This document shows, piece by piece, positions 1 to 13,336 of a stretch of DNA of 64,000 bases. The stretch's first letter is position 1. Each line of letters opens with the position of its first letter. This DNA comes from Octopus vulgaris (taxonomy: Eukaryota): assembly GCA_951406725.2 (NCBI GenBank), contig OX597818.1:61008001-61072000 (forward strand), read 5' to 3'. The position numbers and the translations under genes are program-made. The notes beneath the pieces are model-generated. The model did no database searches, was not told the origin of the DNA, and worked only from the letters and a program-made list of their open reading frames with translations.

Positions 1-199
1 TTTGGGATGCTCTGTGATTCTTTCAATTAATTTAAATATAACAAAGAATTTAATAAAATAACTTAGTTATCATTAAGCTAGTGTTAGGAACATAAATTGT
101 GACTAAGGTTTGGTGGAAGATTTTAATTCAAAACTTATGAAAACAAGACATTTATACGCAGAGCCAGAGCTAGTTTCAGTCGGGTTGGTATCAAAAGGG
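1..199 (-). mobile_element. piggyBac-like MITE (cut by the window edge)
   Basis: Reverse complement of 40214-40434; ends AAAAGGG/TTAA. Confidence 0.75.
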
Positions 200-711
200 T
201 TAAGCCATTCACTTTGCAGTTTGTACAGGATACTTTTTAACCTGGCCCCACCACCAATGGAGTTGCTATGTAGCTTGCAAGACAAGTGAATAGAGTTAAA
301 GTATTAGATAAAGGTCCAGAACAGGTTTCTTGCTGAAGGAGAACAACACAGTCACTCACATTGTAGAAGAGAAGGTGGGTGGGGACAGAGTGGAGATGGA
401 GAAGCATGAAAGCTGTTGAAATGAGGCGTTGAAGTTTACTCTCAAGACACAGGGTGAGTGGCAATAGGAGAATAAGAAATGCAGGTGGGTAGTGGTGGCA
501 AAAGAGTATGGAACTGTGTGTGTGTGTGTGTATGGGTATATCATATATCATCATTATCATCGATTAACTTCTGTTTTCCATGCTGGCATGGGTTAGACCG
601 TTTGACAGGAGCTAGCAGGCCAGAGGGCTGCCTCATCTCTTTTGGCATGGTTTCTAGGACTGGATGCCCCTCTCAAATGCCATCCACTTTACACTGTACT
701 GGGTGCTTTTT

Positions 712-1180
712 ATCTATCATCATCATCATCGTTTAACGTCCGTTCTCCATGCTAGCATGGGTTGGACGGTTCGACCGGGGATCTGGGAAGCCAGAAGGCT
801 GCACCAGGCTCCGGTCTTATCTGGCAATGTTTCTTCAGCTGGATGCCCTTCCTAACGCCAACCACTCCATGAGTGTAGTGGGTGCTTTTTACGTGCCACC
901 CGCACAGGTGCCAGGCGAGGCTGGCAACGGCCACGGTCGGATTGGTGCATTTTATGTGCCACCGGCACGGAAGCCAGTTGAGGCGGCACTGGCTTCAGCC
1001 ACGATTCAGATGGTGCTTTTTATGTGCCACCGGCACGGAAGCCAGTCGAGGCGGCGCTGGCATCGGCCACGATTCGGATAGTGCTTTTTACGTACCACCA
1101 GTCCAGGGGTCCTGGCATCTGCCGGGTGCCAGTCATAGGATTGGTTCAATTTCGATCCCGAATCCGATTTCGATATCTAT
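712..1180 (-). mobile_element. RTE 3'UTR-derived repeat with internal ~65-bp GC-rich tandem units
   Basis: (CAT)n-cgtttaacgtccg...catgctagcatgggttggacgg, matching the 32065-32603 tail. A decayed copy is adjacent at about 555-710. Confidence 0.75.
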
Positions 1181-1774
1181 GTATATATTTTGTGTGTGTG
1201 CCATACTTGTGTTTGTGCCTCGTGACTTTCCAGTTCAATGTTCTGTTACTTGTCCAAATGTTATTCTCTTATTTCTTCAACTTTGTTGGAATCGCTTCTG
1301 TCTTTGTGGCTGCACACTCATACATCACTTTCGATAAAATAGTAATTAACATATCCAGAATATGTCAATCACAAGACGAGATTAACGACCTAATTAGCAA
1401 ATCGTAAACACCATTTCTAAAGCAGCCCAAGATGGACAGATCTGTAATACATAATCGTGACTCAATGACATGCTTTTGACAGATCAACACTTCATCATTT
1501 TTACATGACAACATATTGCAGACAGCTCTGCAATATATAATATCTAATTGCTGATGTTAGTCAGACAGAACTGAAGTGTAGATTCCATATAATGATGGAA
1601 ATTGACCAGGTTTACAATACACAGTTTCTGCAGATATATTATATCAGTCCTTTAACTCCTAATGTTCCAAACTTAATATTCTCGGATCTGATCTTACCAC
1701 TTCATCACAAGTTTCCCTGGTGTTGTATTGGCCACAGGTAATTTTTAACTGCAAATTCAAAGTAATTTTTCTCC

Positions 1775-2072
1775 CAGTGCCGGTGGCACGTATAAGAACC
1801 ATCCGAACGTGGCCATTGCCAACTCCGCTTCGACTGGCCTCTGTACCGGTGTCACATAAAAAGCACCAACCAATCGTGGCCATTGCCAGCCTTGCCTGGC
1901 ACCTGTGCTGGTGGCATGTAAAAAGCACCCACTACACTCACGGAGTGGTTGGTGTTAGGAAGGGCATCCAGCTGTAGAAATACTGCCAGATCAGACTGGG
2001 CCTGGGGCAGCCTCCTGGTTTCCCGACCCTGGTCAAACCGTCCAACCCATGCTAGCATGGAAAGCGGACGTA
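1775..2072 (+). mobile_element. RTE 3'UTR-derived repeat
   Basis: Same family as 712-1180, opposite orientation. Confidence 0.75.
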
Positions 2073-2646
2073 ATAAAAAAGAAAATAATAATAATGAAAT
2101 TATTGCGTATAGTTGCTCAGGTGCACTATAACTCATCAAAGGTGCATGTACAGTACATAGAATTATGTACAAAAGTCAGGAAAATGAACAGTGTATGAGT
2201 CCTGATATACATGTGTGCATGCGTGTCTACCTGCAAGAAGTCATGCACTGCGTGCCCAAGATGTCATGCAGTGGAACTGAACCCAGAACCATATGGTTGA
2301 GAAGTAGAGATCTTACCACATAGCCATACCTGTGTCTATATTGTCTTGAAGGTTAGAACCTGATGGAACTGACCTGTATTGACATGCAGCATTGGCCTCT
2401 GCAGGTGGCTGCGCAGGGGATGAAAGAAAGAGATTTCCGTTGAATAATGGAGTCCTGTTTGATGGAAAATTACAGTTATCTCTTTTGGGGTTCTGACTTG
2501 CGGCTGAGGGATTGCCTTCAGGTGCCAAGAGAATTGATAGATGATAGTCGAAGAGACTTGGTGTCTCAGTCTGTGTAAGAGGTTTATTACCTCAATTTTG
2601 TGTGTTTTTTTTTTTTGTAAAAAGACAAAAGAAAATTTGTAATGTA

Positions 2647-3038
2647 TCTCTCTCTATATAAAGCTGAAGTTGTCTGTGTATGGCAGGTTTGGTAGCCTTC
2701 AACTAACACTATCTCCTCTGAGACCCTGCGACGCAAGTTGACCAAAATAGAGAGTATGATTGAAGGCTTGCTCTTTCTTCCGTAGAAGATAAAATTCAAA
2801 TCGGACCATGTTAACACCAAAAATTATTTACATCAAAAAGGAGCTTTTTTTTTTCTATGAAAATTCCTATTTTTTACGATTTTTTTACTGCTGTGTCGCC
2901 ATTTTTCGGTGTATTTCAACCAGAAAAATGTTCACTTAAAGAGAATAACAAGCTACATAATGCAAAATTTTTACTTTTAAAAAATTCCAATTCTAAAGGG
3001 TCGAAACAAACCCAAGCAATGCCGGGCGATACTGCTAG
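2647..3038 (+). mobile_element. Non-autonomous Helitron
   Basis: Starts A/TCTCTCTCTATAT and ends with a GC-rich imperfect hairpin (CCCAAGCAATGCCGGG) plus CTAG/T. Inserted between A and T with no TSD. Confidence 0.75.
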
Positions 3039-3416
3039 TAAAAACTAAAGTAAGAGGTTTAATACCTCATTTTGTTATTTTATGTATTTAAAAAAATAAA
3101 GAATAACGTATTAGAAAACAAAAAATTGACAGGCATTTTTTGTCTTCTCCCATCAATATCATCCTTTTTTCATCATTCATCTCATTGTTTTTGTCCAGCC
3201 TGCAAGCTACTCTGTGTCGTGCCTTTATGACAAAATTTTGAAATAATGTCTGTGTCTATATTTCTTTTTTACTAATTATATCAGGTGTAGTGTTGGCGAA
3301 TTTCAGGAAGCGTGTTTGTCATATCCTACTACCATAATGACTCTAGTGTGTATGTCAGGTCAGTTACTGTATTGCAGTCTTTTATAGACAGTCATGTATG
3401 TAGATATCTGAGGCAT

Positions 3417-3587
3417 GCAGGAGTGGCTGTGTGGTAAGTAGCTTGCTAACCAACCACATGGTTGCGGGTTCAGTCCCACTGCGTGGCATCTTGGGCAAGT
3501 GTCTTCTGCTATAGCCCCGGACCGACCAATGCCTTGTGAGTGGATTTGGTAGACGGAAACTGAAAGAAGCCTGTCGTATATATGTAC

Positions 3588-3619
<32 letters not shown>

Positions 3620-3826
3620 ATGATTGTGTGTCTGTGTTTGTCTCCCTAGCATTGCTTGACAACCGATGCTGGTGTGTTTACGTCCCCGTCACTTAGCGGT
3701 TTGGCAAAAGAGACCGATAGAATAAGTACTGGGCTTACAAAGAATAAGTCCCGGGGTCGATTTGCTCGACTAAAGGCGGTGCTCCAGCATGGCCGCAGTC
3801 AAATGACTGAAACAAGTAAAAGAGAG
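3417..3826 (+). mobile_element. tRNA-derived SINE family A (full length, central TA/TG microsatellite)
   Basis: A-box TGGCTGTGTGG, B-box GGTTCAGTCCC, tail ...gaaacaagtaaaagag. Many copies in the window. Confidence 0.85.
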
Positions 3827-3994
3827 CAAGAGATGCCACATGGTCCTACCATACTGGAACTCCCATTTCCCACACTTGACTTCTCCCCTTGCTTACATGG
3901 CTCTGGCCATGGAGCTGGGTCATGTGACTTTGCAAATAGGGAACATCATGTCTCCTTTCTTTAGATTGTGAATGTAGAGCAAGGGGTTTATCTA

Positions 3995-4375
3995 GTATCC
4001 TTTACCTGTTTTGGGCATTAGACTGTGGCCATGCTGGGGCACTGCCTTGAAGAAATTGCGTCTCGAAGCCTGATACTTATTCTTTCGGCCTCGGTTGCTG
4101 AACTGTTTACAGGGCCATAAACATGCCAACACCAGATGGCAAGAATTGGTGGTGGTGGGGTGGGGCAGAAAGGGGGCTTGCAAACAAAGACACACATAGA
4201 TACATACATATGACAGGCTTCTTTTAGTTTCCTTCTACCAAATCCACTCATGAGGTTTTGGTTGGCTCAAGGCTACAGTAAAAGACACTCATCCAAGATG
4301 TCATGCAGTGGAACTGAACCTAAAACCATGTGGTTGAGAGAAGTAAAGATCTTACCACATAGCCATGCCTGTGTC
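3995..4375 (-). mobile_element. SINE family A, diverged
   Basis: Reverse-complement similarity to 3417-3826. Confidence 0.65.
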
Positions 4376-4392
4376 TATATTTTTTTAAGCAT

Positions 4393-4790
4393 GAGGTGGT
4401 GAGCTAGCAGAATCGTTAGCACGCTGGGCGAAATGCTTAGCTTGTATTTCGTTTGCCACTACGTTCTGAGTTCAAATTCTGCCGAGGTCGACTTTGCCTT
4501 TCAGGCTTTTGGGGTCAATTAAATAAGTACCAGTTACGCACTGAGGTCGATATAATCAACTTAATCTGTTTGTCTGTCCTTGTTTGCCCCCTCTGTGTTT
4601 AGCCCCTTGTGGGTAGTAAAGAAATAGGTATTTTGTATGAGTTTACGTTCTGAGTTCAAATTTCACCGAGGTCGACTTTGCTATTTATCCTTTCGGGGTT
4701 AATAAATTAAGTACCATTTGCATACTAGGGTTGATCTAATCAACTGGCCCTCTCCCCCAAAGTTTTGGGCTTTGTGCCTAGAATAGAAAA
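4393..4790 (+). mobile_element. SINE family B (core gtcgactttgcctttcatcctttcggggtcga; partially dimeric)
   Basis: Repeated family. The core resembles the Nin-type SINE domain (from recall). Confidence 0.75.
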
Positions 4791-5319
4791 AAATATTTTA
4801 ATGCATGCATTAGTATTTAAACTCAATGTTTGAGGATGAATTCATTTTATTGTTGCAGAAGCCAGATGCACATTTTTCTTGAGCCCCAGGCTTCATGAAA
4901 CCAGTTACCCAGTCCCCATGGCATGTAAGTGATTGAGATCAAAGCACTGCCACTGAATGGAACACCATTGCAGGGCTCAAGACCAGCTATTTTGAGGGGA
5001 GGAGTCAAGTCAGTTCCATGTACTTTGGTACTTTATTATATCAACCTGAAAGGGATGAAAAGCAAAGGTGACCTTCATAAGATTTGAACTCAAAACGTTG
5101 AGAGCCTGAAGAAATGTCACAAAGCATTTTGTCCAATGTGTAGATGATCTTGCCTGCTCACCAACTTGCGCTTGTAAGATTCTCAAATGAGATCACACAG
5201 AATTATAATTCATACATGACAGTGTCTTGAGATGGTGGCTCCAGAATGGCCAGCACTGATACAAGAATTTAATAGTTGCATCTTGTTTCTGAGAATATTC
5301 CAGAGATGAGCTCAATAGG

Positions 5320-5712
5320 TGTAGGAGTGACTGTGTGGTAAGTAGCTTGCTTACCAACCACATGGTTCTGGGTTCAGTCCCACCATGCGGCACCTTGGGC
5401 AAGTGTCTTCTACTTTAGCCTCGGGCCGACCAAAGCCTTGTGAGTGGATTTGGTAGACGGAAACTGAAAGAAGCCTGTCGTATATATGTATATATATATA
5501 TATGTATTTATATATATGTGTGTATGCGTTTGTCCCCCCAACCGGTGGTGGTGTGTTTACATCCCTGTAACTTAGCAGTTTGGCAAAAGAGACTGATAGA
5601 ATAAGTACTAGGCTTACACAGAATAAGTCCTGGCGTTGATTTGCTCGACGAAAGGCGGTGCTCCAGCATGGCCACAGTCACATGACTGAAACAAGTAAAA
5701 GAGTAAAGAGTA
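5320..5712 (+). mobile_element. SINE family A
   Basis: Near-identical to 3417-3826. Confidence 0.85.
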
Positions 5713-5899
5713 TCCGTTTCCTCTCTTCTCGATTGAGAAATTATTCTTGGAGTGACACACACTGCAGATGAACTACAATAAAAACATTAATATACTATCT
5801 GAGCATGGAACATGAAGACATAAGGAATAGACTCATCCTGGACTTCTTTGTAGAATTGAGGATGAGCAAGTTTTAATTTTATCTTAGTTTATTTAATCT

Positions 5900-6210
5900 G
5901 TCTGTATGTTCTGAGTTCAAATTCTGCTGAGGTTGACTTTACCTTTCATCCTTTTGGGGTTGATTAAGTAAGTACCAGTTACACAATGGGGGTCGATGTA
6001 ATTGACTTATTCCCTTTGTCTTAGTTTGTCCCCTCTATGTTTAGCCCCCTGTGGGCAATAAAGGAATAAATATTATCTTAGTTTATTTCATCTGTCTTTA
6101 TATTCTGAGTTCAAATTCTGCCAAGGTCGATTTTTTTGCCTTTCATCTTTTTGGGGTCAATTATATTTAGTACCAGTTGCATACTGAGGTCGATCTAATC
6201 GACTGCCCCC
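5900..6210 (+). mobile_element. SINE family B
   Basis: Family core present twice. Confidence 0.7.
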
Positions 6211-6427
6211 CCACCCACCCCTGGCATGGGTTTGGTGGTTGGACAGGAGGTGGTCAGCTGCCTGGGTTCCATTTGTGTGTTCTGGTCTGGTTTTTATGGC
6301 TGGATGCCCTTCCTAATGCAAACCACTTCACAGACTGTACTGGACGCTTCTAACAAGCTGCTGGCATATGTGCTTTTATGTGGTATCAGCACAGGTGCTT
6401 TTATGCATGTGCATATATATATATATA

Positions 6428-6620
6428 ACCAAAATAAGCAACAAGGATATCCAGAGGTAATGCAGTACGATCGTTTCATGCAACTCCATTTAATTGAATA
6501 ATGCAATCATTTCATTACATTAATTATTTTCATTTTAATCACCTTATTTTTAAATGGTATGGATAATACCGTACTAAATTCTGGTGCCTCAACCTAAGTA
6601 CCATATTCATCTGAATCTAC
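6428..6620. mobile_element. Diverged copy of the 55163 family
   Basis: Shares caaaataagcaacaag...gtacgatc and ggataatacc...aagtaccatattcat...gaatc with 55163-55396. Confidence 0.55.
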
Positions 6621-7894
6621 ATATATATGAGAGGTGTTGGTATCCAGCTGACCCAAGGTGTCAGATAAGGCTATGTAAGTGCTATGGAAGGACCGTAGTC
6701 AAACACTCTGTTTGATAATAATACGAGTGAGGAGTCTAATGTGGGTCTTGTATGAGCATGTATATGTTAAATTAAAAGAGACAACAAAGTCAAGAGTGTG
6801 TGGAATTTTTAGGATATTTATAAAGAGAAAGTTAGTCTTACATGAGAAATATTTAGAGAAATATTCTACATAAAAACACACTAATTTATATGATAAATAT
6901 GTTGTCTATTGACTTTATTATGCATGCTGGCCACCAGTAGAATATTTCTCTAAATTTTCTACCCTTATTATTTTCATAGTAAAATTTTCGTAATTTTGAA
7001 GAACTCTGGTACACAGTTTTAATTATCATTTACTGCCGATTGTAGCTGCGCTTGCATGGTGGACTTGAAAAATTATATTGTATATGGATGGAACATGTGT
7101 GTCTTCAGTGTTGCATAAATATACATTAATTTTAGTGCCCTTACTGAAGAAGCATGGATGGAAAATTATTTTATTTGCACATTGATGTTGAAACTTGAGT
7201 ATAAGGGTAACTATTAAAATGTTTTTATTTTTCATTCCCTTTGAAATTGATCTTATTCGTGGTTTAGGCTTTAACTGCCCTTTCCAGCATGTAAAGTGTC
7301 CTGTTAAGGTTACCTCTTTTTTGTATAAAAAATGTACAATAATTTATATGAAAAATATGTTGTATATTGACTTTATTACGCATGCTGGCCACCGGTAGAA
7401 TATTTCTCTAAATTTTTAGATTGCTAGCCACTACACATTCTTTATTTTCTCTCTTTGTTTCTTTCTGTTCCATTCTGTGGAAGAGCATAGGCTCGAAATG
7501 TTAAAGACTTTTTCACTTCCTGAGTGTTACATCTGTTTGTTGTCTACACCACCAGTCTTCATCTTTTACTATTTTGTGAATTCCCCCTATATATACATAT
7601 ATTTGTATAACATTGTCTGTTATTTTTCCATCCTTGTTTTCGTATACATTCACTGCTTTCTTCCAAGGAATCTAATGCTCTTAGCTTAGTTTTTCCTTGG
7701 GGCTAGCCAGATTGGAGCAATCTCAAGATTAATCAGCCAAAATTGCGAGGATAATCTGGTGCTTGACTGAAGAAAGAAAACTCCAAATGACCCGTTGTTG
7801 TTTTCTTTGTTTCGTCTATCTGGATGTTTTGTTGTCCCTTTTTGTATCACCTAGCTGTCCGGATGTTTTGCATTCTTGTCCCATTTTGTATTTT

Positions 7895-8010
7895 ATATAT
7901 CTATCTATATATATATATATATATACACACACATATATATATATACACACACACACATATATATATATATACACACATATATATACATATATATATATAC
8001 ACATATATAC

Positions 8011-8052
<42 letters not shown>
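7895..8052. repeat. Compound (TA)n/(CA)n/(TG)n microsatellite
   Basis: Read directly. Similar tracts at about 18496-18558, 29226-29323, 55120-55162 and 63282-63320; (AG)n at about 24038-24066. Confidence 0.95.
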
Positions 8053-8053
8053 A

Positions 8054-8340
8054 GAGGTGCAATGGCTTAGTGGTGAGGGCAGCGGACTTGCGGTTTCGAT
8101 TCCCAGACCAAGCGTTGTGAGTTTTTATTGAGCAAAAACACCTAAAACTCCACGAGGCTTTGGAAGGGGGTGGTGATGATCCCTGCTGTACTCTTTTGCC
8201 ACAACTTTCTCTCACTCTCTCTTCCTGTTGGCCTGCTGGCTTAGCCAGCGAGGTGGCATCATTTGAAGGCTAAAACAACGCGAAGCGCATTGCGACCAGT
8301 GATGTGTCACAACATCCGATAGCCTAGTCAGTCACGGTGA
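8054..8340 (+). mobile_element. tRNA-derived SINE family C
   Basis: TGGCTTAGTGG...GTTTCGATTCC head, shared with 54329-54697. A related SINE follows at about 8393-8715. Confidence 0.7.
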
Positions 8341-9019
8341 TATATGTATTTATATATATATATGTATATATACACACACACACATGTAAGTGAAGGCATG
8401 TGGCTTAGTGGTTACAATATTTGTTACATGATTGTAACTTCACGAGTTCGATTCCTGGTGATGCATTGTGTTCTTGAGCAAGACACTTTACTGCACGTTA
8501 CTCCTGTCCACTCAGCTGCCAAAAATGAGTCGTACCTGTAATTCATAAGGGCCAGCCTCGTCATATTCTTTGTCATGCTGAATCTACCTAAGAATCATGT
8601 TAAGGGTATGTGTGTCTGTGGAGTACTCAGCCACTTGCGCATTAATTTCATGAGCAAGCTGTTCCATTGATTGGATCAACTAGAACTCTCATTGCTGTAA
8701 ATGATGGAGTGTCAGTTAGATATACATGTGATGGGCTTCTTTCAGTTTCCATCAAATCCACTCGGAGTTCTTTGGTTGGCATGGAACTACACTAGAAGAC
8801 ACCTGCCCAAAGATGCCACCCAGTCAAACTGAAGCCAAAGCCATGTGTTTAGGAAACGTCTCACCACGCTGCCACATCTGTACCTGTAATATATTTTAAG
8901 AAAGTGGCAACTGGAAAAAACCAAAAAAAACCATTACCTCTGAAAATTTGCAGTGAGATGTCACTAGAACCATGGTGCAATATTTGTATCTGTTTGTGGC
9001 TTCCAAGTCCGATACAAAA

Positions 9020-9332
9020 TCATCATCATCATCGTTTAACGTCCGCTTTCCATGCTAGCATGGGTTGGACGATTTTGACTGAGGGCTGGCATACCAGATG
9101 GCTGCACCAAGCTTCAATCTTGATCTGGCAGAGTTTCTACAGCTGGATGCCCTTCCTAATGCCAACCTCTCCAAGAGTGTAGTGGGTGCTTTTACATGCC
9201 ACCAGCACGGGGCTAGTCAGGCGGTTACTGGCAATGACCTTGCTCGAATTTTTTACACATGCCACCGGCACAGGTGCCAGTAAGGCAATGCTGGTAACGG
9301 TCATGCTCAGATGGTGTCTTTTATGTGCCACT
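9020..9332 (-). mobile_element. RTE 3'UTR-derived repeat
   Basis: (CAT)n start plus the family core. Confidence 0.75.
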
Positions 9333-9887
9333 AAATGAAACTCTTGTAATATTCTTTTTGAAACTTTCAAATTGCTATTTCAAAATGGTTTTTGAATGCC
9401 CTAACAATTATCTTTTATTCATTTCAGTCACTTGATGGTTTGCCATGGTGGGACAGCCTCTGAGGTGTTTTAGTTGAAGAAATTGACTCCAAGTGCTTTA
9501 AAGTCTGGTATGTATTTTAACAGTTTCTTTTACTAAACCACTAAGTTATGAGGATGTAAACAAATCATGTTTTTAAATGGTTGTGGGGACAAACACAAAC
9601 AAATACAAAGACACACACACACTTGAGGTGTTGAATGGCCCTTTCATAAGTCGCGTTATACCTTCAGGTGTAGTGGGTTAAGTGTAACCTGAAGTCCACT
9701 TTCACAATGTTTCTGGTGCTGAGTTTAACTGCATCTTAGCTTCCTTTATGTTGCAATTAAAAGTTCTGTATCAAAACCCACATTCTATAATTTCAAGGTT
9801 TCACTTGGTATTTCCCCAACAAACAGTTTTGCAAGAAGACATAAATGTCAAAACAGATTTAGTTATAAATCTAAATTCATTATTATA

Positions 9888-10053
9888 GGTGTAGGAATGG
9901 CTGTGTGGTAAGTCGCTTGCTTACAAACTACATGGTTCCGGGATCAGTCCCACTGCTTGGCACCTTGGGCAAGTATCTTCTACTAGACCCTCGGGACGAC
10001 CAAAACCTTGTGAGTGGATTTGGTAGACGGAAACTGAAAGAAGTATGTATATG

Positions 10054-10092
<39 letters not shown>

Positions 10093-10298
10093 CTGCGTTT
10101 GTCCCCCCAACATTGCTTGACAACAGATGGTTGTGTGTTTACGTCCCCTTGATGTAGCAGTTCAGCAAATGAGACCAATAGAATAAGTACTAGGCTTACA
10201 AAGAATAAGTCCTGGGGTTGATGTGCTCGACTAAAGGCATTGCTCCAGCATGGCCACAGTCAAATGACAAACAAGTCGAAGAGTAAAAGAGTAAAGAG
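9888..10298 (+). mobile_element. SINE family A
   Basis: Full-length copy. Confidence 0.8.
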
Positions 10299-12046
10299 CA
10301 TTAATTTCCCAAAAGCTTATTTCCCAGCCAGGGGATCTTGAGTTCCGTCTCACTGTTGTGTGGAACCTTCAGTAAGGCCTTCTAGTATAACCTCCTAAAG
10401 GAAGTCTGTTGTATTTGTGTGAGTATGTTTGTGTTTACCCTTGTAAACAAGCATCACCGTTATACAAGCAGTGTTGGTTTCAGGTCTGTGAAAAACATGT
10501 CTGGCCATGGGGAATTCAATCTTGCTTGGAAACAGGTGAGGTTTGGCTATAGGAAGGGCATCCAGCATTGGAAAACCTCAACAAACTCCACCTGACCCAT
10601 GCAAACATTGGAAGGTGGACACTAAATGATGACACACTGAGAGAGAAGTGGTGGGGGTGGTTGTAGGACCATGTGCTGATTCACTTCCCCTCTGGAATAT
10701 ACCACTTCACCATTTTAATACTCTTTCCTACTGTATCACATTCTAGTTTTCCAAAAATCCTATCTACAAAATAACACTTTTCTCTCTGTTTTCACTGACC
10801 CCTAACGACACATGCAATGAACAATTTGCAGTTAGCTTTTAGAACTCTAACACTTCACTTGGACTTCTTTTATTTTTAATATTTTTGCGTTTCTTTTACT
10901 TTCAAATTTTCATTAAAAAAAAAAAATTTTTTCTTTTCCAATATATAGTTTTTCTTTAGTTTAACCACAAATCGCTTGGGGTTTTTTTTTTGCTGCCTAT
11001 GCCCACTTCAACAAACTTCTCTTTTTTCTTTTATTACTTTTTCCAGACATTGTACCTGTTACATAACTTCCACAAGTGTGGAATAGTTTTATTCTACTAA
11101 CTAAAAAATCTTTCTTTTTTTCCAGTATTTACTTTTTTAATCAATTTTTTTTTCTTTTCTTTTTGTCAAATACTTACATTCCTCTTACCTTCCCTTTTTT
11201 TTGCTTCATATTCACATCTGCTGCATCCTTCACCTTGCCTTCCGCATGATTACATCTGCACCACCGCATGCCACTGCACTCCCATACTTACCTCCATATA
11301 CTCCGTAGTACATCTTTATGCCTGCCTCTATACATAGATACCCTTCTACATATGCACACACCAACCAGCCTCGTTTCCTAACACTCCATAATGGCTTTCC
11401 CACATGGTTCCTAACCCCTTTCACATTCATGTATTTTTTTCTGATGAAGGACAACTGCCCAAAATATCAAGACCCTTCTTTTTAAGCATTAAGCTAACAC
11501 ATTTGTTAAATGTTGTCTTTGTTGTGCTCTTCACTCTGTAAATATATATACATACAGTTGTAGAAACACTGCCAGATCAGACTGGAGCCTGGTACAGCCT
11601 CCTGGCTTCCCAGACCCCGGTCAAACCGTCCAACCCATGCTAGCATGGAAAATGGACTTTAAACGATGATGATACACACACAAAGTGTGTATAAAATGTG
11701 GTTGCAGTTTTCTTCTATGATGTATGGATACAAAGCTGCAAGCATTTTAAATTGCACATGGAGTTTATAGACACCTTGTAAGTCTATATATATTTATACA
11801 CACATATGTCTATGTGGTTAAGAAATTTGTTTCCCAACTACAGGGTTTTTGGTTCAGTCCCACTGCACAGTGCTTTCTAGTTTAACTTTAGGCTGACCAA
11901 AACCCTGTGAGTGGATCTGATAGACAGAAGCTGAAAGAATCCTTTTGTGTGTGTCTATCTCCTTGGCATCACACAATAGTTTGTATACGACTGTCACTGT
12001 GCAAGGAATGTTTGTGCCTGGTCTTCCCATGAAAACCTGTCTAGCC

Positions 12047-12436
12047 ATAGGAGTGGCTGCATGGTAAGTAGCTTGCTTACCAACCACATGGTTCTAGGTT
12101 CAGTCCCACTTCATGCCACCTTGGGCAAGTGTCTTCTACTATAGCCTCAGGCCGACCAATGCTTTGTGAGTGGATTTGGTAGATGGAAACTAAAAGAAGC
12201 CCATCGTTCATATGTATATATATGTGTTTGCGTGTCTGTCCCCCGCCAACATTGCTCGACAACTGATGCTTGAGTGTTTACATCCACGTAACTTAGCAGT
12301 TCGGCAAAAAGCGACTGATAGAATAAGTACTAGGCTTAGACAGAATAAGTCCTGGAGTTGATTTGCTTGTCTAAAGGCGGTGCTCCAGCATGGTCGCAGT
12401 CAAATGACTGAAACAAGTAAAAGAGAGTAAAAGAGT
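12047..12436 (+). mobile_element. SINE family A
   Basis: Full-length copy. Confidence 0.8.
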
Positions 12437-13336
12437 ATACGTAGAAATGGGTGATGATTGGCAACAGAAATGGCATCTGGCTGTAGAAAATCTACCTCAA
12501 CTAATTCCATCGGTTCCACTGCAAGCCTGGAAAAGTGGACATTAAAAGACAAGGTTCTGTCTGGTAGAAACAACATTGAGAATATCAATTCTTTGGAAGA
12601 ATAATAAAGAATTTTGTTTATTATTCTCGCAAGGTTGATTCCTATTTATTCACTTCAATCAGGTGATGCAAGTTATTGTCAAATTATTGTGACAATATTT
12701 CTCACTTAAAGTGTATTTCAACTCCGCAGTATTAGAGTTGATAGAAAAATCTCAAATGAATTTATTGAAATAGAATCAAATATTGTTAGCAATTTTCTAA
12801 TTTACTAAACTTGTGTTTAGATGGGAAATAAAGCTACATTTTATCCTTGGGCTGGAAAGCATTATTTTCCTATTCAATATATTAATTTGAGTTTCTCATA
12901 ATGCCTACCATATTTTAGAAAACTTTAAGATAGAATTAAAAATATAATTTAAACAAAAAGTCTTTTATTTTGTTGATGCCTACTAAAAGAGAACACACAC
13001 ACACACATACACATATATATAGCATTCTCCAAGCTATAAACTCCACTAGACTTCATATATCATAAAAGACGAGGTATTTTTTTTTTACCATTATTTTATA
13101 ACATTTACTAATATTTAAGAAACTATAGAATTGATTCAGTTGTCGTAGAAGAGGCACAAACTGCTTTCTGTTTTAGCTGCTAACACCAGTCTTTACAAAC
13201 AAGACTAACAGTTAAGTCGAGTACAGTACTCTTCTTATTTTAAGTTTGAATATGTGTGTATGTGTGTATAGTGGCAGACTGGCCAGGTTGCGAGCTTGAC
13301 CGATGGCAAGTGGGCCCCTGCACCATTAGAATCCAT

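Noticed and set aside
749-1407. The longest ORFs in the track (110-151 aa)
   Set aside because: They fall in the GC-rich tandem units of an RTE 3'UTR repeat, with no splice context or protein motif.
2313-2560. GC-richer block with a 71-aa minus-strand ORF
   Set aside because: The ORF runs into a SINE fragment and has no convincing splice sites or recognisable domain. It is probably a decayed TE.
7763-8215. Tyr/Ile/His-rich ORFs (also 29131-29508)
   Set aside because: They are translations of TA/CA microsatellites.
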